Below are positions 46,581 to 56,884 of a stretch of 64,000 nt of DNA, in pieces. The stretch lies in NCBI GenBank assembly GCA_963769025.1, contig CAVYKI010000002.1:92942-156941 (forward strand), given 5' to 3'. The DNA comes from an uncultured Verrucomicrobiae bacterium (GTDB lineage: Bacteria; Verrucomicrobiota; Verrucomicrobiia; Chthoniobacterales; Chthoniobacteraceae). Below the pieces are notes generated by a model. The model was given only the letters and a program-made list of their open reading frames with translations, was not told where the DNA came from and searched no databases. Within the stretch, counting starts at the first letter, position 1; each line of letters starts with the position of its first letter. Position numbers and translations under genes: made by a program.

Positions 46581-47657
46581 ATGAACGCCTCTCCGGATTC
46601 CCCCAACCACTTTGAACGGATTCGTTCATGGGTAGCTGCGTCGCGCTTCGTGACCATTTCGCTCCTCATCCACGCGATCGTCGTCATCGTGGCTGGCAGC
46701 GTGGTGCTCTACAAGGTGACGCATGAGCCGCCGGACTTTGAATCCGATAGCGGAGGGCTGGTGGCGGACGACTTCCGAGCCAACGAACCACGGTCGGAGG
46801 CGCCAGAGAGTCCTCAGATCGCGCAAGCTGCCCCGCAAACTCCGATCCTGGCGGCTCCGGTGATTGCCATCGTGACGACGGCCCAGACTCCGGCATGGAA
46901 GGTGTCCGCGATCCCTGACGCTCAGATGCTCGGAGTTTCGGATTCGATCAAAGGCGCAATGGCGTCCGTCGGAGGCACGGGAGCCGGGGGCATGGGAAAT
47001 GGCGGCATCGGAACCGGGGGTCTGGGCCGGATGGGCGGCACGCGGACGGCGATGATTTTCGGCAAGAAAGTCACGGCTGCGAAACTGGGCGTGATCCTCG
47101 ATGTTTCCGGCTCGGCTCACCCTCACCTGGCGGGCGCAGTCACGGAAATCCAGAAGGGTTTCGAGAACGCCACGCTCGTCCTCTATCCCGGATGCGGGAT
47201 GATTAATTTCAACGGCACGTCGGGACACGAAATCCGCAAGTATTCGAGCATCACGAAGCGCGATCTCGAGAAGACCAAAGGCAATTTCACGACCCCCGGG
47301 CAGATCGCGAAAGCGCTGAAGATCGAAGAGTTTGAAAAAATGACGAAGCGCCCCACCGTGAAGGACAAGCTCTACGTGTCGTGGTTTGACGATGAGGGAG
47401 GCGACTCCGGGAAGCTGATCGGGCGGACGCAGGTGGCCTTCGACGACCTGGTCAAGCGTGGCGTGGACACGATCTACTGGTTCGCGGATTTCGCCGACAA
47501 GGTGGATGTCGAAGTGCTGGAAAAGCTCAGTTCCCAGTTGGAGGATCGGAAGATCACGCTCCACGTGCACAACTTCGCCGGGAAGAAAATCAACCCCCTG
47601 ATCACCGCGATGGCCGAGAAGTCAGGCGGCACGGTGAACACCGAAAAGCCGCAGTAG
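46581..47657 (+). CDS. Hypothetical membrane-anchored protein with a vWA-like DxSxS motif
   Basis: One N-terminal TM (FVTISLLIHAIVVIVAGSVVLY), a Gly-rich linker, then ...KLGVILDVSGSAHPHL... (MIDAS-like DVSGS). I recognised nothing else. Confidence 0.5.
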   Translation: MNASPDSPNHFERIRSWVAASRFVTISLLIHAIVVIVAGSVVLYKVTHEPPDFESDSGGLVADDFRANEPRSEAPESPQIAQAAPQTPILAAPVIAIVTTAQTPAWKVSAIPDAQMLGVSDSIKGAMASVGGTGAGGMGNGGIGTGGLGRMGGTRTAMIFGKKVTAAKLGVILDVSGSAHPHLAGAVTEIQKGFENATLVLYPGCGMINFNGTSGHEIRKYSSITKRDLEKTKGNFTTPGQIAKALKIEEFEKMTKRPTVKDKLYVSWFDDEGGDSGKLIGRTQVAFDDLVKRGVDTIYWFADFADKVDVEVLEKLSSQLEDRKITLHVHNFAGKKINPLITAMAEKSGGTVNTEKPQ

Positions 47658-47662
47658 GCGGG

Positions 47663-48931
47663 TTACTCGAAGCGGATGCGCGCACTCCGCCCGTGGGCGT
47701 CGAGGCCTTCTATTCGGCTGAATTGCTCGATGGTCTCCACGCTTTTCGCGAGCGAGGCGCGGTCGAGGCGGATGATGCTCGTGCGGCGCTGGAACATGTC
47801 ACTCATCAGTCCGGGGAAACTTTTTCCCGCGCCGCCCGTGGGCAGCGTGTGGCTCGGGCCGGCGACAAAATCGCCCGCGGCGACGGGCGACCAGCCGCCG
47901 AGGAAGATCGCGCCGCTCGTGCGGATGTCGCGGGCGATGGCGTCCTCGTTTTTCGCGACGATGGAGATGTGCTCGGGCGCGAAGTCGTTCGCGATGGCGG
48001 TGCCGTCGGCGAGGGTTTTCACGAGGACGAGCGCGGCGTTTTGATCGAGGACGTCGGTGAGGTATTCGCGGCGGCTGAGCGTGGCGGCCTGGGCGCGGAT
48101 TTGCTTCTCCACTTCGTGAGGAGGCTGCGCGCTGTCGGTGACGAAGAGGATGCTGCTGCCGTGGCCATGCTCGGCCTGCGCGAGGAGGTCGGCGGCGACC
48201 CACGCGGCGTTTGCGGTGGCGTCGGCGAGGACGAGGATTTCGCTCGGGCCGGGGAGGAGATCGATGGCGCACTGGCCGAAGACCTGCCGCTTCGCCTCGA
48301 CGACCCACGGGCTGCCGGGGCCGAAGATTTTCTGCACGGGCCGGATGGTCTTCGTGCCATACGCGAGCGCGGCGACCGCCTGCGCGCCGCCGACGCGGTA
48401 GATTTCCGTCGCGCCCGCGTGGCGGAGCGCGAAGAGCAGCGCGGGATTCATCGAGCCGTCCTTGCCGCACGGCGTGACGGCGACGATCTCCGGGCAGCCC
48501 GCGGCGGCGGCGAGCGTGACGGTCATCACCGCAGTCGAGACGAGCGGCGCGGTGCCGCCGGGCACATACACGCCGACGCGCTGGAAGGGATCAAAGCGTT
48601 CGCCGACGCGCGCGCCCTGCGCGTTGCGTCCGCTCCACGACTTGCGGAGGCTCTTCTTGGCAAAGGCGAAGACGTTCTTGTGTGACATCGCGATGGCTTT
48701 CCGCGTCGCGGCATCCACGGACGCAGGCTCGGAGACGGCGAGTTGCGCGGGCTTCAGCTTCGACCCGCCGAACTTCTCCGTGAGTTCGATCAGCGCCGCA
48801 TCGCCGCGCTTGCGGATGTCCGCAATGATGCCCGCGACCGTCTTGCGCACATCGTCCGTCGGCTCGGCATGGCGCTTGAGGGCGGCGAGGGCTTTTGCAA
48901 AACCGGGCTGTGAGTGGCGGAGAATCTTCAT
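47663..48931 (-). CDS. hisD: Histidinol dehydrogenase
   Basis: ...IIADIRKRGDAALIELTEKFGG..., ...VGVYVPGGTAPLVSTAVM..., ...DLLAQAEHG..., ...GPSHTLPT... are conserved HisD blocks. Confidence 0.9.
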   Translation of the reverse strand: MKILRHSQPGFAKALAALKRHAEPTDDVRKTVAGIIADIRKRGDAALIELTEKFGGSKLKPAQLAVSEPASVDAATRKAIAMSHKNVFAFAKKSLRKSWSGRNAQGARVGERFDPFQRVGVYVPGGTAPLVSTAVMTVTLAAAAGCPEIVAVTPCGKDGSMNPALLFALRHAGATEIYRVGGAQAVAALAYGTKTIRPVQKIFGPGSPWVVEAKRQVFGQCAIDLLPGPSEILVLADATANAAWVAADLLAQAEHGHGSSILFVTDSAQPPHEVEKQIRAQAATLSRREYLTDVLDQNAALVLVKTLADGTAIANDFAPEHISIVAKNEDAIARDIRTSGAIFLGGWSPVAAGDFVAGPSHTLPTGGAGKSFPGLMSDMFQRRTSIIRLDRASLAKSVETIEQFSRIEGLDAHGRSARIRFE

Positions 48932-49001
48932 GCGCGCGCTGCTTGTAGCCGCTGCGGCGCTGCGCAGGCAAGCGGGACGCCCGCGGCGTCCGGCCTCGCG
49001 C

Positions 49002-50306
49002 TCACTTCACATTTTTCACCGCCAGCTTCATCGTCACGTCTGGCTCGGCCTTGAGATCGTTGAACAAGTAGGCCGTGATGGTGTCGCCGGCGAGGTGGTC
49101 CTTCAGCAGGTTGATGTGATAGACGAGTGCCGTCGCGGCGTCCTTTTTCACGACGACGTGCCCCTGGATGCGGCTGATGTCCACCTTGTGAAAGGCGCCC
49201 GCCCGCCAGTCCCAGCGGGTCTCGCGCTGCCACGCGGTTGAGTTGATTCCCGTCCTCAGCACCTCGGCGGCAATACCGGAGCCGGCCCATTTCTTTTTCA
49301 CGATCTCGATCAGCGCCGCCTTGTCCGGGCCGTTGTAGCGGTCCTGCGGGGGCTGGTTGGATTGGACGATGTCGTCGTGCAGCGCGGCCTGCATGGTCTT
49401 CACTTTTGCGCGCGCGGCTTCGAGTTTCTGCCGGGCGGCGACCGTCGCCGGGGAATCGGGCGCCGCGGCGGCGAGGACATTCAGCCGGGTCTGCGCCTCG
49501 TCCAGGCGCTGATTCACGCCGCCGCCCTGGCCAAAGAACGCGTGCTTCTTCCCCGCGACCGCGCCTTCGCCCATCTGGAGCGCATCGTCCACGCTCTTGC
49601 CGACGGCCGCAGGCGCGCTGGCGACGAAACCCTTCAGCGCGGTGTCGAACCTGCCAAAGACCTCGTCGAAGTAACGAAGCACGGAGTTCATGTCCTTTGC
49701 CTCGGGCGTCGTCTGCTTGAGCAGGTCGGCGTATTTCGCGGCGATGCGCTTGCGCTCCTCCTGCACCGGCAGGATCAGCTTGATGGTTTCGATCGCCGCT
49801 TCCGGCTGGGTTTCGATGACCTGCGGATTGGCGAATGTCGCGTTGATCTCGCGCAGTCGGTCAAAGTCGGCCTTCCACCCGGCTCCGCCGCCTTTCGCGA
49901 CCACGCCGGCGAGCGCGTTGCGGATCTCGGTGAGCTTCCTGTCCTGCGCGTCGAGTTCGGCCCTGGCCTTGTCAAAGCGTGCCTGCTCCACCTTCACGTC
50001 GGGATGCTCGGCCGGAAGTTGCTTCAGGCGGGCCTCGGTGTTCGTGAGGTACTGCGCGAGGCGGGTCTTGTTGGCCAGCAGGTTGTCCACGTCCTGAATC
50101 TGCACCGAGGCATCCCCGACTTTCATCCCGGCGGATTTCTGCGCGATCAGCCCGGTCGTTCCTTCGACCTGACTCAGGTAATAGCGCGCGTCCTTGATCG
50201 CCTGCTCCTGCCGATAGTCGAGCCGCTTCGTCGCAGGTTGCGCCGTCGCGCCGTTGAGGACGATGAGCATCAACAGCGGAGCCAGTATCGGGTGAAACGC
50301 ATTCAT
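49002..50306 (-). CDS. Hypothetical secreted, largely alpha-helical protein
   Basis: Signal peptide MNAFHPILAPLLMLIVLNGATAQ. A 434-aa ORF with host-like codon bias and no recognised motif. Confidence 0.55.
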   Translation of the reverse strand: MNAFHPILAPLLMLIVLNGATAQPATKRLDYRQEQAIKDARYYLSQVEGTTGLIAQKSAGMKVGDASVQIQDVDNLLANKTRLAQYLTNTEARLKQLPAEHPDVKVEQARFDKARAELDAQDRKLTEIRNALAGVVAKGGGAGWKADFDRLREINATFANPQVIETQPEAAIETIKLILPVQEERKRIAAKYADLLKQTTPEAKDMNSVLRYFDEVFGRFDTALKGFVASAPAAVGKSVDDALQMGEGAVAGKKHAFFGQGGGVNQRLDEAQTRLNVLAAAAPDSPATVAARQKLEAARAKVKTMQAALHDDIVQSNQPPQDRYNGPDKAALIEIVKKKWAGSGIAAEVLRTGINSTAWQRETRWDWRAGAFHKVDISRIQGHVVVKKDAATALVYHINLLKDHLAGDTITAYLFNDLKAEPDVTMKLAVKNVK

Positions 50307-50706
50307 GGGAGTGTTTGGAGTTTTCCGTTGTGCAGTGGAATGGAGGGAAGCTCGAAGAGGACTGGAGTCGCCATATTGCTTTTGTACGGCGGATTTCGGG
50401 AGTGGAAAATTCCGACGCAGCGAAACTCATTCGCCCCGTTTGATGCCCGGGATTTTGGCGGTTCGGCATCCGGTACCAAGCTTTTTGGCGGCGAGTCGCA
50501 TTTGGATCGCCCGTTCCAGCCCGCGTGACTCAGCCTCCGCGGTGACACGGCAGAAAAGAAGGCGATCCCATCCCCTTGAGTTCCCCAGTCACGGAATTGA
50601 AATGTTGTTCCAATTTTTGCCCGGCCTTGCGTAGTTTGCGCTCCGCACTGGCGACGCCCCGTCACGACGACGGGATCGCCAGTGCCTCCTTGTTGAACCT
50701 TTACCT

Positions 50707-52020
50707 ATGACCATCCCTTCAAATCCCAACCGAAAGTTCCGCCGAGTAGCCCTTCTTTTTGCAGGAGGGCCGGCTCCCGCTGCAAACGCGGTGATTTCCA
50801 CCTGTGCGGCCTCGTTTGTGCGGAATGGGATTAGTGCGATTGGAATCAAGCACGGCTACTCGGCGCTGGCCGAGTATTCACCGGACAAGCCGCTGGAAGC
50901 GGGCCGCGACTACATCGAGTTGGATTTTGCCGCCCTCCGCCGGACGCGCAACTCGCAGGGCATCCTGATCGGCACCGCACGCACGAACCCCGGCAAGAAC
51001 ATTTCCAGCCCGGCGCACCTCGAGGATGCCGAGCGTGTGGCGCCGCTGCGGCGCGTTTACGAAGGGCTCTGCTCGCTGGGCGTGGACGCCCTGATCTCGA
51101 TCGGCGGCGATGACACGCTGAAGACGGCCAACAAGTTCAAGCTGTTCCAGGACAAGTTGCCAGCCGACGCCCACCGGATTCCGGTCGTCCACGTCCCGAA
51201 GACGATCGACAACGACTACGCCGGCATTGATTTCACCTTCGGCTATTTCACCGCCGTGGAGACGCTGGCGGGCGAAGTCCGCAACCTCCTCTTCGACGCC
51301 GAGGCGAACCGCGCGTATTTCCTCGCCGAGACGATGGGCCGCAGTGCCGGCTGGCTGGCCTACGGGGTCGCGATCGCCGGTGAGGCGAGCATGGTCCTGA
51401 GCGTCGAGGACATCATCGGCGATCTGCGTGAGGAAGAGACCACGACGGACGCCAAGACCGGGAAGTCGAAGACCAAGGCCATCATGAACATGGACCGCGT
51501 TGTCGCCCGGATCGTGGACATGATGGAGGCTCGCGAAAAGGCGGGCCGGAACTTCGGCGTGATCATCCTGGCGGAGGGACTCGCCGAATTTTTGCCCGCG
51601 AAGTATCTCAGCAACGTGCAACGTGACGACCATGGCCACATCGCGATTTCGCAGGTCAATCTCGGCCAGCGTTTCGCCCAGCTCGTCGCGGACGCATACA
51701 AGGCGCGCACGAAGCGGACGCGGAAAGTCACCGGCATCCAGCTCGGCTACGAGTCCCGCTGCGCCAAACCCCACGCCTTCGACGTGATGCTGGGAAGCCA
51801 GCTCGGCGTCGGCGCCTACCGGGCCTTGGTGGAAAATGGAGCCAACGGCGTGATGGTTTCCGTCGTCGGCCAACTGGACCTGCACTACGTCCCTTTCACC
51901 GATCTGATCGACCCGCAGACGCTCGTGACTGTCGTCCGCTACATCGATCCAAACAAAGACTTCCACAAGCTCGCCCGCTTCCTGGAAACGTACGCGGCAA
52001 AAGAGCCGTCATCCGTGTAA
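50707..52020 (+). CDS. pfp: Pyrophosphate-dependent 6-phosphofructokinase (PFK family A)
   Basis: VALLFAGGPAPAANAVI, SIGGDDTLKTA (GGDD rather than the GGDG of ATP-PFKs), HVPKTIDNDY (Lys before TIDND) and ETMGRSAG. The D/K pair is the established PPi-specificity signature. Confidence 0.8.
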   Translation: MTIPSNPNRKFRRVALLFAGGPAPAANAVISTCAASFVRNGISAIGIKHGYSALAEYSPDKPLEAGRDYIELDFAALRRTRNSQGILIGTARTNPGKNISSPAHLEDAERVAPLRRVYEGLCSLGVDALISIGGDDTLKTANKFKLFQDKLPADAHRIPVVHVPKTIDNDYAGIDFTFGYFTAVETLAGEVRNLLFDAEANRAYFLAETMGRSAGWLAYGVAIAGEASMVLSVEDIIGDLREEETTTDAKTGKSKTKAIMNMDRVVARIVDMMEAREKAGRNFGVIILAEGLAEFLPAKYLSNVQRDDHGHIAISQVNLGQRFAQLVADAYKARTKRTRKVTGIQLGYESRCAKPHAFDVMLGSQLGVGAYRALVENGANGVMVSVVGQLDLHYVPFTDLIDPQTLVTVVRYIDPNKDFHKLARFLETYAAKEPSSV

Positions 52021-52187
52021 CGACCGCGCCATCGCGATGGAAGGTGTGGGTGTCGGGGATTGCCCTGCCCGTGCGGCGGTTTCCGTGATGTCGACGCGTA
52101 ATCGCCGCTTTTGCCTGGCTGCTTGACCGCCCACGCGGCGGTACGAGGTGCCGAAAATTCGGAGCGCAGTCGCGCGCGGAGTCCGGA

Positions 52188-54957
52188 TCAACTCGCGGCG
52201 ACGGCTTCCGGCTGCGCAGCCTTCTTCTCCACCGGCGCGCTCACCCGCTCCACATCCACGGCGACGACTTTGTATTCGGGGCACATGGTGTCTTCGTCGC
52301 ACTCGCTGCTGGTGACGACGTTCACGAGGTGTTCGGGGAAGTGGAAGGTGGTGTAGAGGATGCCGGGTTTCACTTCGTCGGAGACCTTGGCGTGGATTCG
52401 CACTTCGCCGCGGGCGGAGAAGATGCGGACGAGGTCGCCGGTCGGCGATGTCCTTTTTCGCGGCGTCGGCGGGGTGGATGGCGAGGATGTCCTCGGTGAC
52501 GATGCGGGCGTTGCCGGTGCGGCGGGTCATGGTGCCGCAGTTGTAGTGCTCCAGCACGCGGCCGGTGGTGAGGATGAAGGGGAATTCGCCGTGGTGCTGC
52601 ACGATTTCGCGCGATTCCTGGAAGCGGAAGAAGTGGAACTTGCCGAGGCCGCGCTTGAAGGTGTCGGTGTGGAGGATTTCGGTGCCGATGCAGCCTTCCT
52701 GGATGGGCCATTGCTTGCCGTTGTCGCCGAGTTTTTCCCACACGGCGCCTTTGAAAAACGGGACGACGCGGGCGATTTCGGCGAGGACGCCGTCGGGCGT
52801 GTAGTCGGGCTGCGGGATGCCCATGCGGTTCATGATGTCCACGACGATCTGGCCGTCGGTCTTCGTGCCGGCGAGCGGCGGGATGACTTCGTTCACGCGC
52901 TGCACGCGGCGCTCGCCATTGGTGAAGGTGCCGCTCTTTTCAAAGAACGATGCGCCGGGCAGCACGACGTTGGCGAACTTCGCGGTCTCTGATCATGAAG
53001 ATTTCCTGCACGACGAGGAACTCGAGCGAGTTGAGCGCCTTCTTCACGTGCTCGGTGTTCGGGTCGGTCTGCACGAGGTCCTGGCCCATGACCCAGATGG
53101 CCTTCAATTTTCCCGCGAGCGCGGCGTCATACATCTGCGGGATCTTGAGGCCGATCTGGTCGGACATTTTCGCGCCGTAGAACTGCTCATACATCGCGTG
53201 GTTCGCGGGATCGTTCACCTGCAAATAGCCCGCGCCCTGGTGCGGCTGGCAGCCCATGTCGGCGGTGCCCTGCACGTTGTTCTGCCCGCGCAACGGGTTC
53301 ACGCCGACGCCGCGGCGGCCGATGTTGCCGGTCATCATCGCGATGTCGGCGATGAGCATGATGGTCTTCGAGCCGTGCGTGTGCTCGGTGACGCCGAGGC
53401 CGTGGAAGGCCATCGCGTTTTCCGCGTTCGCGTATTCGAGCGCGGCGGCCTTCACGAGGTTGCGATCGACGCCGTGGATTTTCTCCAGTTCGTCGAGGTC
53501 GAGCGAGCGGAGGCCGGCTTCGAACTCGGCCCAGTTCTCGCAGCGCTTCTCGATGAAGTCGCGATCCACGAGCCCGGCTTCGAGGATGTAATAGGCGAAC
53601 ATGTCGAGCAGCGCGACGTTCGTGCCGGGGCGGAGCTGGAGGTGATACTTCGCAAATTTCACGATCTCGATCTCGCGCGGGTCGATGATGATGAGCGGCA
53701 CGCCCTTCATCGCGCGCTGCTTGATCTTCGCGCCGGTCACGGGATGGCCCTCGGTCGGGTTCGCGCCGATGACGAGGATGCAGTTCGTGTATTGCAGATC
53801 GATCGACCGAGTTCGTCGCCGCGCCGGTGCCGAATGCCTTCTGCATGCCCCACGCCGTCGGCGAATGGCAGACGCGCGCGCAGGCATCGATGTTGTTCGT
53901 GCCGAACGCGACGCGGATGAATTTCTGCATGAGGTAGTTTTCCTCATTCGTGCAGCGCGCCGACGAAATGCCGCCGACCGCATCGCCGCCGTGCTCGGCC
54001 TTGATGCGCTTCAAATTCGCCGCGATGTGATCATACGCCTCGTCCCACGTGGCCTCGACGAAGTGGCCGTTGGTGCGGATGAGCGGCTTCCGCAGGCGGT
54101 CGGGGTGGTTGTAAAACTTGAACGCGTAGCGGCCCTTGAGGCAGGTGTGCGCCGCGTTCACCTCGGCGTCGAACGGCGCCTGGATGGAGAGAATCTCGTT
54201 GCCCTTCGTGGCGACCTCCAGGTTGCAGCCGACGCCGCAGTAGGTGCAGATCGTGCGCGTCTTCTTCGTCGCCTCGATGGCCTTCGATTTGAACGATGTC
54301 CGAAATCGCCGAGGTCGGGCACGCCTGCGAACACGCGCCGCACGACACGCACGGCGAATCCTCGAACGAGACATCGAGCCCCTTGATGATGCGCGCATCG
54401 AAACCGCGCCCGTGCATCGAGAGCACGAACTGCCCCTGCACCTCGTCGCACGCGCGCACGCAGCGGGAGCAGTTGATGCACTTCGAGAGGTCCGAAGTCA
54501 TGTAGGGGTGCGAGAGGTCCTTCTTGCGGTCGAGATGGTTTTTGCCCGCCGGATAGCGCACGCTGCGGATGCCGACTTTCGCCGCGACGGTCTGCAGCTC
54601 GCAGTTGCCGTTCACTTCGCAGGTGAGGCAGTCGAGCGGATGATCGGTGAGCACCAGTTCGACGATGTTCCGCCGCAGCCCGCGCATCTTCTGCGACTCG
54701 GTGAAGATGTGCATCCCCGCCGTGAGCGGCGTGTGGCACGAGGCGACGACGCGGCGCGGGCCGTCGGCGCTCTGCGCGATTTCGACGGAGCAGACGCGGC
54801 AAGCGCCGTAGGGCTTGAGCTGCGGCGCATCGCAGAGCGTCGGCACATGCCCGCGCCCGCGATGGCGGTCGATGAAATTGAGCAGCGTGTCGCCGTCCTC
54901 GAACTGCTGCGGCGTGCCGTCGATGTAGGCGGTGATGGTGGCGAGATCCTGGACCAT
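52188..54957 (-). pseudogene. fdhA: NAD-type formate dehydrogenase catalytic subunit (FdhA/FdsA-like, NuoG-type Fe-S N-terminus + Mo/W-bisPGD domain), 4 frame breaks
   Basis: 2Fe-2S/4Fe-4S N-terminus (YIDGTPQQF...CRVCSVEI...HPLDCLTCEVNGNCELQ...CINCSRCVRACDE...CVSCGACSQACPT). Molybdopterin domain (TICTYCGVGCNLEV...ARVCHSPTAWG...ILVIGANPTEGHPV...VVQEIFM...VLPGASFFEKSGTFTNGERR...FHFPEH). These lie in five successive frames (track ORFs ending 54957, 54398, 53983, 52965, 52403). Confidence 0.85.
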
Positions 54958-54969
54958 GGTCGTGATGAG

Positions 54970-56651
54970 TTAGCGCCTGGCGGTTGCGCTGCTTAGGAAA
55001 GGGCGAAGCTCGTCCTCGAAATATTGCAGCGCATTCTTGATCGGCAAGGGCACGCCGCCGCCGAGGGCGCAGAGGGAGGTCAGCTCCATCGTGTCGAGCA
55101 GGTCGTCAATGAGCGTGCGGTCGATCTTGTAGCTGCTGTCGCTGCGCGCCTTCGCGACGAGTTCCGCGCCGCGCGTGCTGCCGAGGCGGCAGGGGAAGCA
55201 TTTGCCGCAGCTCTCGTCGGCGGTGAACTGGAAGAGGTGCTGGATGTATTCGATCATCGGGAACGACTCCGGGATGCTCACGACGCCCGCGTGGCCGAGC
55301 AGGAATCCGGCCTTCTTGAACGACTCGAAATCCACGGTGAGATCGCCGATTTTCTCCACCGGCACGATGCCGCCGAGCGGGCCGCCGATTTGGATCGCCT
55401 TGATCTTCGTCTTGAAGCCGCCCGCGAGCGCGACCACGTCGGCGAGCGGCGTGCCCATCGCGACTTCGTAGATGCCGGGCTTTGCGAAATGGCTGTCGAG
55501 CGAGAGCAGCTTCGGCCCGGTGCTCTGCGCGGTGCCGATTTTCGCGTAGCCCTTGCCGCCGAGCGTGAGGATCGCGTGGAGGTTCGAGAAGGTCTCGACG
55601 TTGTTCACGATCGTGGGCTTGCGGTAGAGCCCCTCGACCGTCGGGAAGGGCGGACGCACGCGGACCTCGGGACGCTGGCCTTCGATGCTCGCGAGCAGCG
55701 CCGTCTCCTCGCCGCAGATGTAGGCGCCCGCGCCCTTGATCGTCTTCAGCGCAAAATCGAATCCGCTCCCGAGGATGTTCTTCCCGAGCAATCCCGCGGC
55801 GTGCAAGCTCCGCGATGGCCGCATTCACGATGCGCATCGAATCCGGATACTCCGCGCGGATGTAGAGCATGCCGACCTCCGCGCCCGCGAACCAGCCCGC
55901 GACCATCATGCCGAGCAGCACCGAGTGCGGCTGCTGCTCCATGAGATACTTGTCGATGTAGGCGCCGGGATCGCCCTCGTCGGCATTGCAGACGATGTAC
56001 TTCACCGCGCCCTCGGCTCGCGCGGCACGACGACCATTTGAAATGCAGCGGAAAACCCGCGCCGCCGCGTCCGCGCAGGCCGGAGTCCTTGCAGTTCGCC
56101 CGCGAGCCAGTCGCGATCGCGTTCGCGAGCAACTCGCGGAACGGCTCGTAGTATTCCTCGACGCCGGGAAACGGCGCGGTGAGTTGCGGCGGCTGCAGAT
56201 GCGACACGACCTCGTAGCGATCCTCCGAATCGCCTTTGCCCGTCGAAAAAAGCGACTTCAGCGCCGCGTCCGGCTGTCCTGAGTAGTTCTTTTCCTGATA
56301 CTGAAACGCGCCGCCCGTATGGCAGCGCCCGAGACAGCAGATATGGCCGATTTCCTCCTCCTTGAAATGCCCGCCCAGCGCATCGTGCAGCCTGTCCTGC
56401 GTCCCCGCGCACAGGCACGCCGAGCCGTTGCAGACGAAGACCTTCTTCCCCGCGTTTTCCTTTTTCAGAAAGTCGTAAAACGAAACCGCCCCGAGCGTGA
56501 ATGCGTCGCCAAAAAGGGACTCTTCGCCAAGCTGCCGCACTGTCTCGGGATTGGCCGCGGTACCCGTTTTTTCCGCAGCCTCCACCATTCGCTCGAAGAG
56601 GTTTTTTTCGGCGCTTTTTCGAAACGCAAGGGCGCTGAGGTTTTCAGACAT
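54970..56651 (-). pseudogene. Formate dehydrogenase diaphorase subunit (fused NuoE-like 2Fe-2S + NuoF-like FMN/NAD domains), 2 frame breaks
   Basis: NuoE-like VFVCNGSACLCAG...CLGRCHTGGAF. NuoF-like SGLRGRGGAGFP, KYIVCNADEGDPGAY, GAGAYICGEETALLASIEG, ESCGKCFPCRLG. These lie in three successive frames (track ORFs ending 56882, 56005, 55824). Confidence 0.85.
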
Positions 56652-56884
56652 GAATCGGGCGGGGTGGGAGGCTCCATTACTCAGAGCACGGACGCTCCCG
56701 TATGGCCAGCCGCGTTGTGCCGTGCGGAGATCCTTTTTTTGCCGGAGGCGATCCAAGGTGTGGAACCGGACTGCACACCGAGGCGTATCAGCCAAGATCG
56801 ACGGGGCTTCGCCCGCTCCGATCATAAGACGCTTGGCTCCCTTGTCTTGAACCGTAGAGTCGCCATGAATCTCCCCCTCCAAAC

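Noticed and set aside
53868-53870. Possibility that the formate dehydrogenase is a selenoprotein and one of its breaks is really an in-frame UGA.
   Set aside because: The catalytic codon is TGC (Cys). All four interruptions change the reading frame (end coordinates mod 3 go 0,2,1,0,2) rather than being in-frame stops.
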